Assembly: GCA_964016885.1 (NCBI GenBank)
Contig: OZ024744.1
Span: 94,550,001 to 94,614,000 of the forward strand
DNA: 64,000 bases
From: Eledone cirrhosa
Lineage: Eukaryota
Direction: 5' to 3'
How positions within the stretch are numbered: position 1 is the first letter of the stretch; each line of letters starts with the position of its first letter. Positions 39,058-50,092 of this stretch are shown piece after piece. The position numbers and the translations under genes are program-made. The notes beneath the pieces are model-generated. The model was not told the origin of the DNA. It worked only from the letters and a program-made list of their open reading frames with translations, and searched no databases.

Positions 39058-39450
39058 TTACCCAATTACACCTCTCAAAGGCGATGACACACGACCGTGA
39101 CCTCTGGCGTCACGCAGTAATACAGAGTACCCGACCTCCCATGGGTACAAGCTGAAGCATATAGACAATATGTCCCCACATCCTCCCACTGCAAGGTGGT
39201 CATGGAGGTGCCACGGCAAAAAAGCACCCAGCCCACACTGTAAAGTGGACGTGTAGGCGCTACGAAAAAGCACCCAGCACTCACTGTAAATGATGTTGGT
39301 GTTAGGAAGGGCATCCAGCTGTAGAAATCAAGCCAAATCAGTTCCTGTATGAGCAAGGCATGGTCAGCCGACCAGACACTGCCCACAACAGGACAAACCG
39401 TCTAACCCATGCTAGCGTGGAAGAACGGACGTAAAACGGTGATGATGATA
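39058..39450 (+). mobile_element. Short 3' end of the young RTE subfamily
   Basis: Nearly identical to 27936-28330. Confidence 0.9.
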
Positions 39451-39856
39451 CTATTATTATAGTCATTTGTATTGAGACTACTACATTTCAAGTTTATTCA
39501 GTGCTTCATAAGTCAACCAGATGTTTAGACTTCTAGCTACAGGCTTAAAATCTAAATGACCAGTAGTTGGTGACCAGAGACACCTTGGTGTAATGTTTAA
39601 CACACTCATTCAACATCCTTGTAGGTGCCTCTGTCTCCTTTTCTCCATCTCCAGTGATACATTACCTGATTTTCTAAACTATTATTTATAAGTTATCAAC
39701 TATTATTATAGTTATTTATGTTGGGACAACTAAATTTCAAATTTCAAATTTATGTCAACTGGATGTTTACAAATGAAATTATAATATAAATTATATTATT
39801 TGAAGTATGAATTGATGTATGAAATAAACTAAGACATATCTAACCTCTATTAACAG

Positions 39857-39933
39857 AAGGAGCAGATGATGATGTGATTTGTCCAGAAGGTATGGAAAAA
39901 TTCTGTGAAGATATTGGAGTGGAACCAGAAAAT
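39857..39933 (+). CDS. DCUN1D5: DCN1-like protein, coding exon 3: (E)[25 protein letters not shown]
   Basis: [17 protein letters not shown] is the DCUN1D4/5 signature at the start of the PONY/DCUN1 domain; acceptor TAACAG, donor AAT|GTAAGA (phase 0). Confidence 0.96.
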
Positions 39934-40038
39934 GTAAGAAACTATATTAGAAATATTTTCTAACTTGGATTATAAACCTATGTTGGTATTTTCACCTGTT
40001 CTTATTTACTTATAATTAATTTAATATATTTAATTGAA

Positions 40039-40155
40039 GGCGTGTGGCCGAGTGGTTAGAGAATTGGATTTACAATCGTGAGGTTGTGAGTTCGATTCCC
40101 GGGCCGGGTGATGTGTTATGTTCTTAAGCAAGACACTTTATTTCACGTTGCTCCT
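40039..40155 (+). mobile_element. 5' part of a family-B SINE
   Basis: GGCGTGTGGCCGAGTGGTTAG A box, GAGTTCGATTCC B box, TTCTTAAGCAAGACACTT core. Confidence 0.75.
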
Positions 40156-40329
40156 TCTACCTGGAGTTGCGACCAATAGATAGTATTAGCAACTGGAAAG
40201 ACCAATGGTAACATTGTTTTCTCGGTCCGATTTGACAAAGTCGATCATTCCTTATATTTATTATATTATATATATTAAAGACGTGCCAACTATGTCCGTC
40301 GTTGTCATTGTTGGTGCCGCCTTCACCAC

Positions 40330-40970
40330 TGACATCATCATCATCATCATCATCATCAACATTATCACCACCATCATCACCTCCATCACCATCACCTTTA
40401 TCACCATCTCCATTATCACCATCATCATTACCATTATCACTATCATCATCACCTTTATCACCATCATTATTACCCAGTAATACACTGGGTAATTGCTGGC
40501 CTTGTGCCAAAAAGTAGAAACAATTATCACCTTTATCACCATCATGATCACCTTTATCACCATCATTATCACCTTTATCACCATCATTATCACCTTTATC
40601 ACCATCATGATCACCTTTATCACCATCATCACCTTTATCATCACCATCATCACCATCATCACCATCATCACCACCTTTATCACCATCATTATCACCTTTA
40701 TCACCATCATTATCACCTTTATCACCATCATTATCACCTTTATCACCATCATGATCACCTTTATCACCATCATCACCTTTATCATCACCATCATCACCAT
40801 CATCACCATCATCACCACCTTTATCACCATCATTATCACCTTTATCACCATCATTATCACCTTTATCACCATCATTATCACCTTTATCACCATCATTATC
40901 ACCTTTATCACCATCATCATCACCTTTATCACCATCACTATCACCTTTATCACCATCATTATCACAATCA
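40330..40970. repeat. (CAT/CAC)-derived 21-bp minisatellite ATCACCTTTATCACCATCATT with a SINE tail at ~40472-40526
   Basis: Directly visible; source of the GDNDGDK-repeat ORF. Confidence 0.93.
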
Positions 40971-41086
40971 TTTAATGCATGACTTGACAGCATGAGTCGT
41001 CACAGACTGAGTCAAATAAGCAGTCGTTATAAATAATAATGTACTAATATATAATACGCTTGTGTATTTGTCCGTTACAAGAGATG

Positions 41087-42350
41087 ACTGAGAAAGTAAG
41101 GGGTGATGACAAACTGAGGAAGGAAGGGGTGATGACAAACTGAGGAAGGAAGGGGTGATGACGTTGACTGAGGAAGGAAGGGGTGATAACGTCAACTGAG
41201 GAAGGAAGAGGTGGTAACGTTGACTGAGGAAGGAAGGGGTGATAACGTTGACTGAGGAAGGAAAGGGTGATAACATTGAGGAAGGAAAGGGTGATAACAT
41301 AGACTGAAGAAGGAAGGAAAGGGTGATAACATTGACTGAGGAAGGAAAGGGTGATAACATTGAGGAAGGAAGGGGTGATAACATTGACTGAGAAAGGAAA
41401 GGGTGATAACATTGACCGAGGAAGGAAAGGGTGATAACGTTGACTGAGGAAGGAAGGGGTGATAACATTGACTGAGGAAGGAAGGGGTGATAACATTGAC
41501 CGAGGAAGGAAAGGGTGATAACGTTGACTGAGGAAGGAAGGGGTGATAACGTTGACTGAGGAAGGAAGGTGTGATAACGTTGACTGACGAAGGTAGGGGT
41601 GATAATGTTGACTGAGGAAGGAAGGGGTGATAACATTGACTGAGGAAGGAAGGGGTGATAACTTTGACTGAGGAAGGAAGGGGTGATAACATTGACTGAG
41701 GAAGGGGTGATAATGTTGACTGAGGAAGTAGGGGGTGATAACATTGACTGAGGAAGGAAGGGGTGATAACGTTGACTGAGGAAGGAAGGGGTGATAACTT
41801 TGACTGAGGAAGGAAGGGGTGATAACGTTGACTGAGGAAGGAAGGGGTGATAATGTTGACTGAGGAAGTAAGGGGTGATAATGTTGACTGAGGACGTAAG
41901 GGGTGATAATGTTGACTGAGGAAGTAAGGGGTGATAACATTGACTGAGGAAGGAAGGGGTGATAACATTGACTGAGGAAGGAAGGGGTGATAACGTTGAC
42001 TGAGGAAGGAAGGGGTGATAACATTGACTGAGGGAAGAAGGGGTGATAACATTGACTGAGGAAGGGGTGATAATGTTGACTGAGGAAGTAAGGGGTGATA
42101 ATGTTGACTGAGGAAGTAAGGGGTGATAATGTTGACTGAGGAAGTAAGGGGTGATAACGTTGACTGAGGAAGGAAGGGGTGATAACATTGACTGAGGAAG
42201 GAAGGGGTGATAACGTTGACTGAGGAAGGAAGGGGTGATAACATTGACTGAGGAAGGAAGGGGTGATAACATTGAATGAGGAAGGAAGGGGTGTTTACGT
42301 TGACTGAGGAAGGAAGGGGTGATAACATTGACTGAGGAAGGAAGGGGTGG
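41087..42350. repeat. 28-bp purine-rich minisatellite TTGACTGAGGAAGGAAGGGGTGATAAC(G/A), ~45 units
   Basis: Directly visible; explains three overlapping repetitive ORFs on the minus strand. Confidence 0.96.
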
Positions 42351-42799
42351 CAGTGTCCAATATTCGCTACATCTGTGTGTGTCTATATGTATACCGAATT
42401 GGCTACACACATTGGCTGTTATGATTATGTGAGTGTTTGTGTAAATTATATTTATATATAATATTTGTGTGAGTGTAAATATGTTTGTGTGTGTTTATTT
42501 AGAAAGATACACAGACAATAGAATTATAAACACACACCAATCTACACATACATATATATAAAAAGACACACTTAGAAAAAATAATTATTACATACACACA
42601 TATCTATGTGATGGCTGAGGATGGAGGGGGTAAGAAACTAAAGAAGTCCAGCATTCTAAGATACGTCACAGCTGTGTGTGTCTGTATCACTTGTGTGAGT
42701 GAACGTGAAGGAATCGACCAACATTTCTTTTTTTGTATTATGTATTGGCCGTCATTTTTGACGGCATGGGGGCCAGCTAGTAGTAATAATAATATTTAT

Positions 42800-43565
42800 A
42801 TCATCATCATCATCATCATCGTTTAATGTCTATCTTCCACATTAGCATGGGTTTAGACGGGAATTGTCCCACTTAAGACAAGATTGGTCGGGTGACCGTG
42901 CCTCATTCGTATAGGACTGTCTGGCAGGTTTTCTACGGCTGGTCGCCCTTCCTAACACCAACCACGTTTACAGTGTGGGACTGGGAGGTTTTTACCGTGT
43001 TACCTACACGGCCACATTACAGCGTGGACTGTGTTTTTTTTGTTGTCATGACACCTACACGACCTCATTTATTTAGGACTGGATGTTGTGGTACCAACAT
43101 AACTTTACAGAGGAAGGGTGGTGTTGGTGGGAGTGGGAGGGTGGAATAGGGGTAGTGGGATGGGTGTATATTTGGTTAAGAGGTGCCTACTGACTGTAGG
43201 TTTCGCTTTGTACATAGGCAAGGCGGGTCTTCTGTATTACTGCATAGCACCAAAGATCTCGGTCCAGTGACATTGTCTTAGAGAGATGCAAGTGTGTAAG
43301 GTCGGAATTTATCAGATTGTCCTAGGTTTTTCTGGGTCTACCTACTCCGTAACTTCCATCAATTTTGATTGTCCTGCACTTTTTTATACAGCTCTCGTCT
43401 TTTATGCGCATCCCGTGACCATACCAACGTAGTCTTCTCTCGAGTAAACAACATCTGATCCTTCTTATTCCTAATTTCTCACTTAGGTCATTTATGCTTT
43501 GCCGTTTGCGTATATTACTATTACACAACGGAGCATGCATGCTTCATTCCTCTCCAGTCTGGGCA
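42800..43565 (-). mobile_element. 3' end of RTE subfamily 2
   Basis: ORF 43322-43540 RRLRWYGHGMRIKDESCIKKC; (CAT)n tail at 42800. Confidence 0.88.
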
Positions 43566-43573
43566 GGGCCTCT

Positions 43574-43623
<50 letters not shown>

Positions 43624-43844
43624 TGTTATACTTTGGGAGGGTCATGCTGCTAATAAAAATACATGCACCTGTTGGTTTCCACTTCAATTTATTATAAACT
43701 TGAATTTGGTTAGTTTAATAACCAGATGGTTGTTTATTTGTTTATTGTAAAAGCTCTTTTGTCACACATTCTGTGACCTCCTCATTGACTAATTTATTAT
43801 TTTGTGTCTCTCCTTTGTTCTGTCCTACACATTTTGTTTGTTTT

Positions 43845-43911
<67 letters not shown>

Positions 43912-44059
43912 CGTAGTTTAGAAAGCCACAACAATGCAGAAGGGAAATCTCGAGGTAGGAAGTGAATGATAGATAGGAGAAATAGGAGAAAGTGAAAATT
44001 GAGAGAGACAAAGATGAAAACAAAACAAAGGTAGAAGGGTTACCGTAGTGGAGATTTAA

Positions 44060-44095
44060 TCCCAATATTTCGGGCTCACGCCCATCAACGGGGGA
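44060..44095 (-). ncRNA. Variant minimal hammerhead motif in left Penelope arm
   Basis: Mirror image of 48303-48338. Confidence 0.55.
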
Positions 44096-44705
44096 AAGTT
44101 CCAAAAAGGGGGGGAACAGGCTAAGCCGGAGAAAGTTGTGATGTCGTTAAAACAGGAATGCCGTTATGGGGAGAAAATTTAAATGAGGGAAAGAATGCGC
44201 GTGCGCGTGATAGGCTGTGGCAAAAGCTACTGACCAAATGGGTTAAATCAAGAGGGTGCGCTAGCGTGTGAAAGCCGTAAAATATGTGTGTGTAAATATA
44301 TATGTGTGTGTAACTGTGTGTGTATATGTGTAAGTGTGTATATGTGTGAGTGTGTGTGTGTGTGAAAGATAGTGGGCTGTAGAAGCTGGAAATCAAAGGG
44401 TGTGAAAGGTGGTAGGTTGTAAAACATGTGTGCGTGTATAAATATAGATGTGTGTGTGTATGCGTATGGGTATATATGTGTGTGTAACTGTGTGTGTATA
44501 TGTGTAAGTGTGTATATGTGTGAGTGCGTGTGTGTGTGAAAGATAGTGGGCTGTAGAAGCTGGAAATCAAAGGGTGTGAAAGGTGGTAGGTTGTAAAACA
44601 TCTGTGCGTGTATAAATATAGATGTGTGTGTGTATGCGTATGGGTATGCATATACGTGCGTGTGTGAAAATAGCAGGCCGTAAGGGCTGTGAATGGTCAC
44701 TATGG

Positions 44706-46140
44706 TTAAATTAGCCATGTCAGCTCATTTCTCTCAGCCCGGTTGTTAAGTGGGGGTCTGAGGTTCTTAATAACAAGTGTTTCCTTTATCCTTAAGGATC
44801 CGATGCTGCGTTCAGTCGCTAGGACTGTGACTAAGGGTCTACCCTGTGGGTTTCCGCATTTAAGGATGTGTTTACGGAAGGAAGATGCGTTGGTGTTGAT
44901 ATGTTCCTTGATACGAACATGTAGGGGTCGGATGGTGCTACCTATGTAAAACTTGTTACATTTATCGCATTGAATCTTATATACGACATAGGTGCGTAGG
45001 CAATCTGCCCCCCGTATCAGGCAGTTGCTGAGGGAACACGTCCCATCTGACTCGTCGGGTTTGTTGGAGAGGCATCTTCGCAGCGAAGGTCCTGTGTGGG
45101 CCAAATGTATGTCAAGTCCCTCCGTCCGTATGGCCCTGCGGATGGCGTTCGTGGTATATTCACTCAGGTGGGGGATTTTAAAGAAGCACCTGCTTTTATT
45201 TAAGTTTCTAGTGGGTGTCTGTCTATTGGGTCTGGGGTCTCTAATTCCGTTAATCAGTCGCTTGGGATATCCATTAGACTTGAGTAGATTATGGAATTGC
45301 GTGGTATGGGTGAGACCACCCATCGGGTCGCTGCATCTGTTAGTGATCCGTGTCAATTCATTTAGGACATAGCCTCTCTTAGCGTTGTTGGGGAGGGCTG
45401 AGTTGTAATGCACAAATAAGTCCTTGCACGCTGCTTTGCGGTAGAAGGTGGTGTTTATGTCTCCTTCTTCCGAGATGTTGATACGGAAGTCGAGGAGGGC
45501 GAGTGACCCGTCTTCTCCTGGGTGTTCGATGGTGAAATCGACGTGATGGTCAGTATCGTTGAAGATTTGGTGAATTTCATTCGCCATCTCCCGGGAAGAA
45601 GTAAGTATCAGGATGTCATCAACGTATCTGGAGTAGAAGGCGACGGCGTTGGGTTGGCAGGTATTGAGTGCCTTGCGTTCCAGGTGGTCCATGTACGAGA
45701 TCGCAAGTATGCCGGACAGACTAGAGCCCATAGGTAGCCCAGAGATTTCTTTGTACGTGTGGCCGAGGAAATTGAAGAGTGCATTATCCACAACGAAGGA
45801 GAGGAGTTGGTGGATGTCCGTGTGTGTGTGTCCGAAGCAGTGTAAGTTGGATGATCGGACTCGTTCGGTCAACAGGTCGACGGCTGGGGATGCTGGTACG
45901 GAGGTATAAAGGGCGACCACATCAAGACTGAAGGCATAACCGTTGTCCTTTCTGGTGGTCGGCGCCAGATGGTGTAGTCGCTCCAAGACCTCCTTTGTGC
46001 TGCAGACGTGGGCTGGTAGTGTGTGTAGAATGGGTTTCAGTAGTGTGGAGAGCAGCCACGATATTTTGTAGAGTGGGCCCTCCACGCTAGAGACAATGGG
46101 CCTGATTTTCAAATCGGGTCCTTGTTTATGTGTTTTAACC
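44706..46140 (-). CDS. Penelope-like RT + GIY-YIG endonuclease, 5'-truncated, open frame (left arm)
   Basis: KTHK..IRPIVS, SLDVVALYTSV, GLPMGSSLS, YSRYVDD, VVYKIQCDKCNKFYIGST..L..RIKEH. Confidence 0.92.
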
Positions 46141-47703
46141 TCCTCGACTCTAATCGAGGAAGGCATTAACACCATATGGACTAACATCTGTGTCCAACGA
46201 AAACTGCCAAAGAAGGTAAAAAACAACATAATGACTCGAAACAGCAAACTACCCACCTTCTACCACCTGGTTAAAACACATAAACAAGGACCCAATTTGA
46301 AAATCAGGCCCATTGTCTCTAGCGTGGAGGGCCCACTCTACAAAATATCGTGGCTGCTCTCCACACTACTGAAACCCATTCTACACACACTACCAGCCCA
46401 CGTCTGCAGCTCAAAGGAGGTCTTGGAGCGACTACACCATCTGGCGCCCAACACCAGAAAGGACAACGGTTATGCCTTCAGTCTTGATGTGGTCGCCCTT
46501 TATACCTCCGTACCAGCATCCCCAGCCGTCGACCTGTTGACCGAACGAGTCCGAGCATCCAACTTACACTGCTTCGGACACACACACACGGACATCCACC
46601 AACTCCTCTCCTTCGTTGTGGATAATGCACTCTTCAATTTCCTCGGCCACACGTACAAAGAAATCTCTGGGCTACCTATGGGCTCTAGTCTGTCCGGCAT
46701 ACTTGCGATCTCGTACATGGACCACCTGGAACGCAAGGCACTCAATACCTGCCAACCCAACGCCGTCGCCTTCTACTCCAGATACGTTGATGACATCCTG
46801 ATACTTACTTCTTCCCGGGAGATGGCGAATGAAATTCACCAAATCTTCAACGATACTGACCATCACGTCGATTTCACCATCGAACACCCAGGAGAAGACG
46901 GGTCACTCGCCCTCCTCGACTTCCGTATCAACATCTTGGAAGAAGGAGACATAAACACCACCTTCTACCGCAAAGCAGCGTGCAAGGACTTATTTGTGCA
47001 TTACAACTCAGCCCTCCCCAACAACGCTAAGAGAGGCTATGTCCTAAATGAACTGACACGGATCACTAACAGATGCAGCGACCCGATGGGTGGTCTCACC
47101 CATACCACGCAATTCCATAATCTACTCAAGTCTAATGGATATCCCAAGCGACTGATTAACGGAATTAGAGACCCCAGACCCAATAGACAGACACCCACTA
47201 GAAACTTAAATAAAAGCAGGTGCTTCTTTAAAATCCCCCACCTGAGTGAATATACCATGAACGCCATCCGCAGGGCCATACGGACGGAGGGACTTGACAT
47301 ACATTTGGCCCACACAGGACCTTCGCTGCGAAGATGCCTCTCCAACAAACCCGATGAGTCAGATGGGACGTGTTCCCTCAGCAACTGCCCGATACGGGGG
47401 GCAGATTGCCTACGCACCTATGTCGTATATAAGATTCAATGCGATAAATGTAACAAGTTTTACATAGGTATCACCATCCGACCCCTACATGTTCGTATCA
47501 AGGAACATATCAACACCAACGCATCTTCCTTCCGTAAACACATCCTTAAATGCGGAAACCCACAGGGTAGACCCTTGGTCACAGTCCTAGCGACTGAATG
47601 CAGCATCGGATCCTTAAGGATAAAGGAAGCACTTGTTATTAAGAACCTCAGACCCCCACTTAACAACCGGGCTGAGAGAAATGAGCTGACATGGCTAATT
47701 TAA
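46141..47703 (+). CDS. Penelope-like RT + GIY-YIG endonuclease, 5'-truncated, open frame (right arm)
   Basis: Same motifs plus upstream LPTFYHLVKTHK; Cys-containing linker CSLSNCPIRGADC before the GIY-YIG domain. Confidence 0.93.
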   Translation, partial: SSTLIEEGINTIWTNICVQRKLPKKVKNNIMTRNSKLPTFYHLVKTHKQGPNLKIRPIVSSVEGPLYKISWLLSTLLKPILHTLPAHVCSSKEVLERLHHLAPNTRKDNGYAFSLDVVALYTSVPASPAVDLLTERVRASNLHCFGHTHTDIHQLLSFVVDNALFNFLGHTYKEISGLPMGSSLSGILAISYMDHLERKALNTCQPNAVAFYSRYVDDILILTSSREMANEIHQIFNDTDHHVDFTIEHPGEDGSLALLDFRINILEEGDINTTFYRKAACKDLFVHYNSALPNNAKRGYVLNELTRITNRCSDPMGGLTHTTQFHNLLKSNGYPKRLINGIRDPRPNRQTPTRNLNKSRCFFKIPHLSEYTMNAIRRAIRTEGLDIHLAHTGPSLRRCLSNKPDESDGTCSLSNCPIRGADCLRTYVVYKIQCDKCNKFYIGITIRPLHVRIKEHINTNASSFRKHILKCGNPQGRPLVTVLATECSIGSLRIKEALVIKNLRPPLNNRAERNELTWLI

Positions 47704-48302
47704 CCATAGTGACCATTCACAGCCCTTACGGCCTGCTATTTTCACACACACGCACGTATATGCATACCCATACGCATACACACACACATCTATATTTATA
47801 CACGCACACATGTTTTTACAACCTACCACCTTTCACACCCTTTGATTTCCAGCTTCTACAGCCCACTATCTTTTACACACACACGCACTCACACATATAC
47901 ACACTTACACATATACACACACAGTTACACACACATATATACCCATACGCATACACACACACATCTATATTTATACACGCACACGTTTTACAACCTACCA
48001 CCTTTCACACCCTTTGATTTCCAGCTTCTACAGCCCACTATCTTTCACATGCACACACACTCACATATATACACACTTACACATATACACACACATATAT
48101 ATTTACACACACATATTTTACGGCTTTCACACGCTAGCGCACCCTCTTGATTTAACCCATTTGGTCAGTAGCTTTTGCCACAGCCTATCACGCGCACGCG
48201 CATTCTTTCCCTCATTTAAATTTTCTCCCCATAACGGCATTCCTGTTTTAACGACATCACAACTTTCTCCGGCTTAGCCTGTTCCCCCCCTTTTTGGAAC
48301 TT

Positions 48303-48338
48303 TCCCCCGTTGATGGGCGTGAGCCCGAAATATTGGGA
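48303..48338 (+). ncRNA. Variant minimal hammerhead motif in right Penelope arm
   Basis: TCCC-CCGTTGA-T-GGGC-GTGA-GCCC-GAA-ATAT-T-GGGA: stem I, variant core, stem II with GNRA loop, palindromic stem III. Confidence 0.55.
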
Positions 48339-48689
48339 TTAAATCTCCACTATGGTAACCCTTCTACCTTTGTTTTGTTTTCATCTTTGTTTCTCTCAAT
48401 TTTCACTTTCTCCTATTTCTCCTATCTAACATTCACTTCCTACCTCGAGATTTCCCTTCTGCATTGTTGTGGCTTTCTAAACTACGTATTTTACACATTT
48501 CACAATGCTTCAAAGCAAACTTTAACACCCTCTTATATATATATATATATTACTGATATCCCCCTGTTTATGGTAGGGCAGATAACATTGCTATAACTCA
48601 ATGAGATCATGCAGTGAGAGGTGTAGTTTTTGTAGGAGGCTCTTATTGCATAAGGGGTTCCCATGAAGATTCTACTCAAGCGACAGTTA

Positions 48690-48724
<35 letters not shown>

Positions 48725-48727
<3 letters not shown>

Positions 48728-49945
48728 CATCATCATCATCACCGTTTTACGTCCGTTCTTCCATGCTACCATGGGTTAGACGGGTTGTCCTGTTGTGGGC
48801 AATGCTAAGTCAGCTGACCATGCATTGCTCATACAGGAACTGATCTGGCTTGATTTCTACAGCTGGATGCCCTTCCTAACACCAACCTCATTTACAGTGA
48901 GTGCTGGGTGCTTTTTTCCGTGGTGCCTCCACGTCCACTTTACAGTGAGGGCTGGATGCTTTTTTGCCGTGGCACCTCCACGACCACCTTGCGGTGGGGG
49001 GTGTGGGGACATATTGTCTATATGCTTCAGCTTGTATCGATGGGAGGTCGGGTACTCTGTATTACTGCGTGACGCCAGAGGTCACGGTCGTGTGTCATTG
49101 TCTTTGAGAGGTGTAAAGGTAAGGTCGGCTTTTATCACCTCATCCCAGGTCATCTTGGGTCTCCCCACTCCGCGGTTTCCATTGACTTCTAGTGCTCTGC
49201 ACCTTTTTATGCAGCTGTCATCCTTCATACGCATCACATGTCCATACCAACACAACCTCCTCTCCTGCACACAGCATTTGATTCCTCTTATGCTCAGTCT
49301 CTCTCTCAATTCATTTATGCTTTGCCGTTCACGTATATTACTATTACACATCCATCGGAGCATGCAGGCTTCGTTTCTCTCTAATCTACGTAAGTCTTCC
49401 ACCTTTAGCGCCCAGGTCTCACTACCATGCAACATCGCTGTTCGGATACACGCATCATACAGTCTGCCTTTCATTTTGAGGGAAAAGCCTTTTGCAGCTA
49501 GCAGTGGTAGTAGTTCCCTAAACTTCTTCCATCCCGTTCTTACCCTAGTTATTGTACTTTCTGAACACCCACCTCCGCTGCTAATTCGGTCTCCTAGGTA
49601 GCAGAAGCTGTCTACTGTTTCTACAGAGCCCTCCCAGAGATTGGTGGTACTTGTTTCCTTTGGCTGTTTGCTGCTTGCTGTCCCAGCACAGCTGCTACAT
49701 GTGAAGCCTACATTCTTAATTAAGCTTCCTGAGATCCCGCTACATCTCTTGTGTACCCATTGTTTGCATTTGGGGCAGAGAATGGAGTTCCTACCTACAC
49801 CTTTCCTACATACTGAGCAAGGCCATTTCCCTGAGGGGATTTGGGTTCTGTTTTCTAGTCTACTTACAAGGACCTTAGTCTTTGTCAAGTTGACTTTGAA
49901 ACCCTTTCTTTCTACTTCCTGCTTCCAAGTTTGGAATTTCTTCTA
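48725..49945 (-). mobile_element. 3' part of the young RTE subfamily
   Basis: ORF 49082-49888 is nearly identical to the translation of 27172-27960. Confidence 0.93.
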
Positions 49946-50058
49946 TATCGTCATCACTGTTTAGTGTCCATTTTTCCATGCATACATAGGTTAGACGGGT
50001 TGTCCATGCCTGGAGGCACGTCTGGCCAGAGTTGGTCACACCGTACCTTGCTCTGATG

Positions 50059-50092
<34 letters not shown>

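Larger units (their letters stand above)
43905..48533. mobile_element. Penelope-like retroelement as a head-to-head inverted duplication (arms 43905-46140 and 46269-48493) in (TA)n
   Basis: Two mirror ORFs with RT and GIY-YIG and mirror 3' regions; the 128-nt spacer is plus-strand ORF sequence; both outer ends abut TA repeats. Confidence 0.96.

Noticed and set aside
40039-40105. tRNA gene (also other A/B-box sequences at 24497, 29348 and 52728)
   Set aside because: Each continues into a SINE body and I cannot fold a complete cloverleaf.
40157-42410. Long ORFs of 236-480 aa (GDNDGDK, His-rich and PSSVNVIT repeats)
   Set aside because: They are translations of 21-bp and 28-bp minisatellites, open in several frames and on both strands.
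46096-46256. Apparent N-termini of the two Penelope ORFs in the ORF track
   Set aside because: They read across the inversion junction into antisense sequence; the native N-terminus is absent.
48795-49964. Plus-strand ORFs of 268 and 107 aa (similarly 26787-27419 and 59215-59778)
   Set aside because: Antisense shadows of RTE coding sequence.
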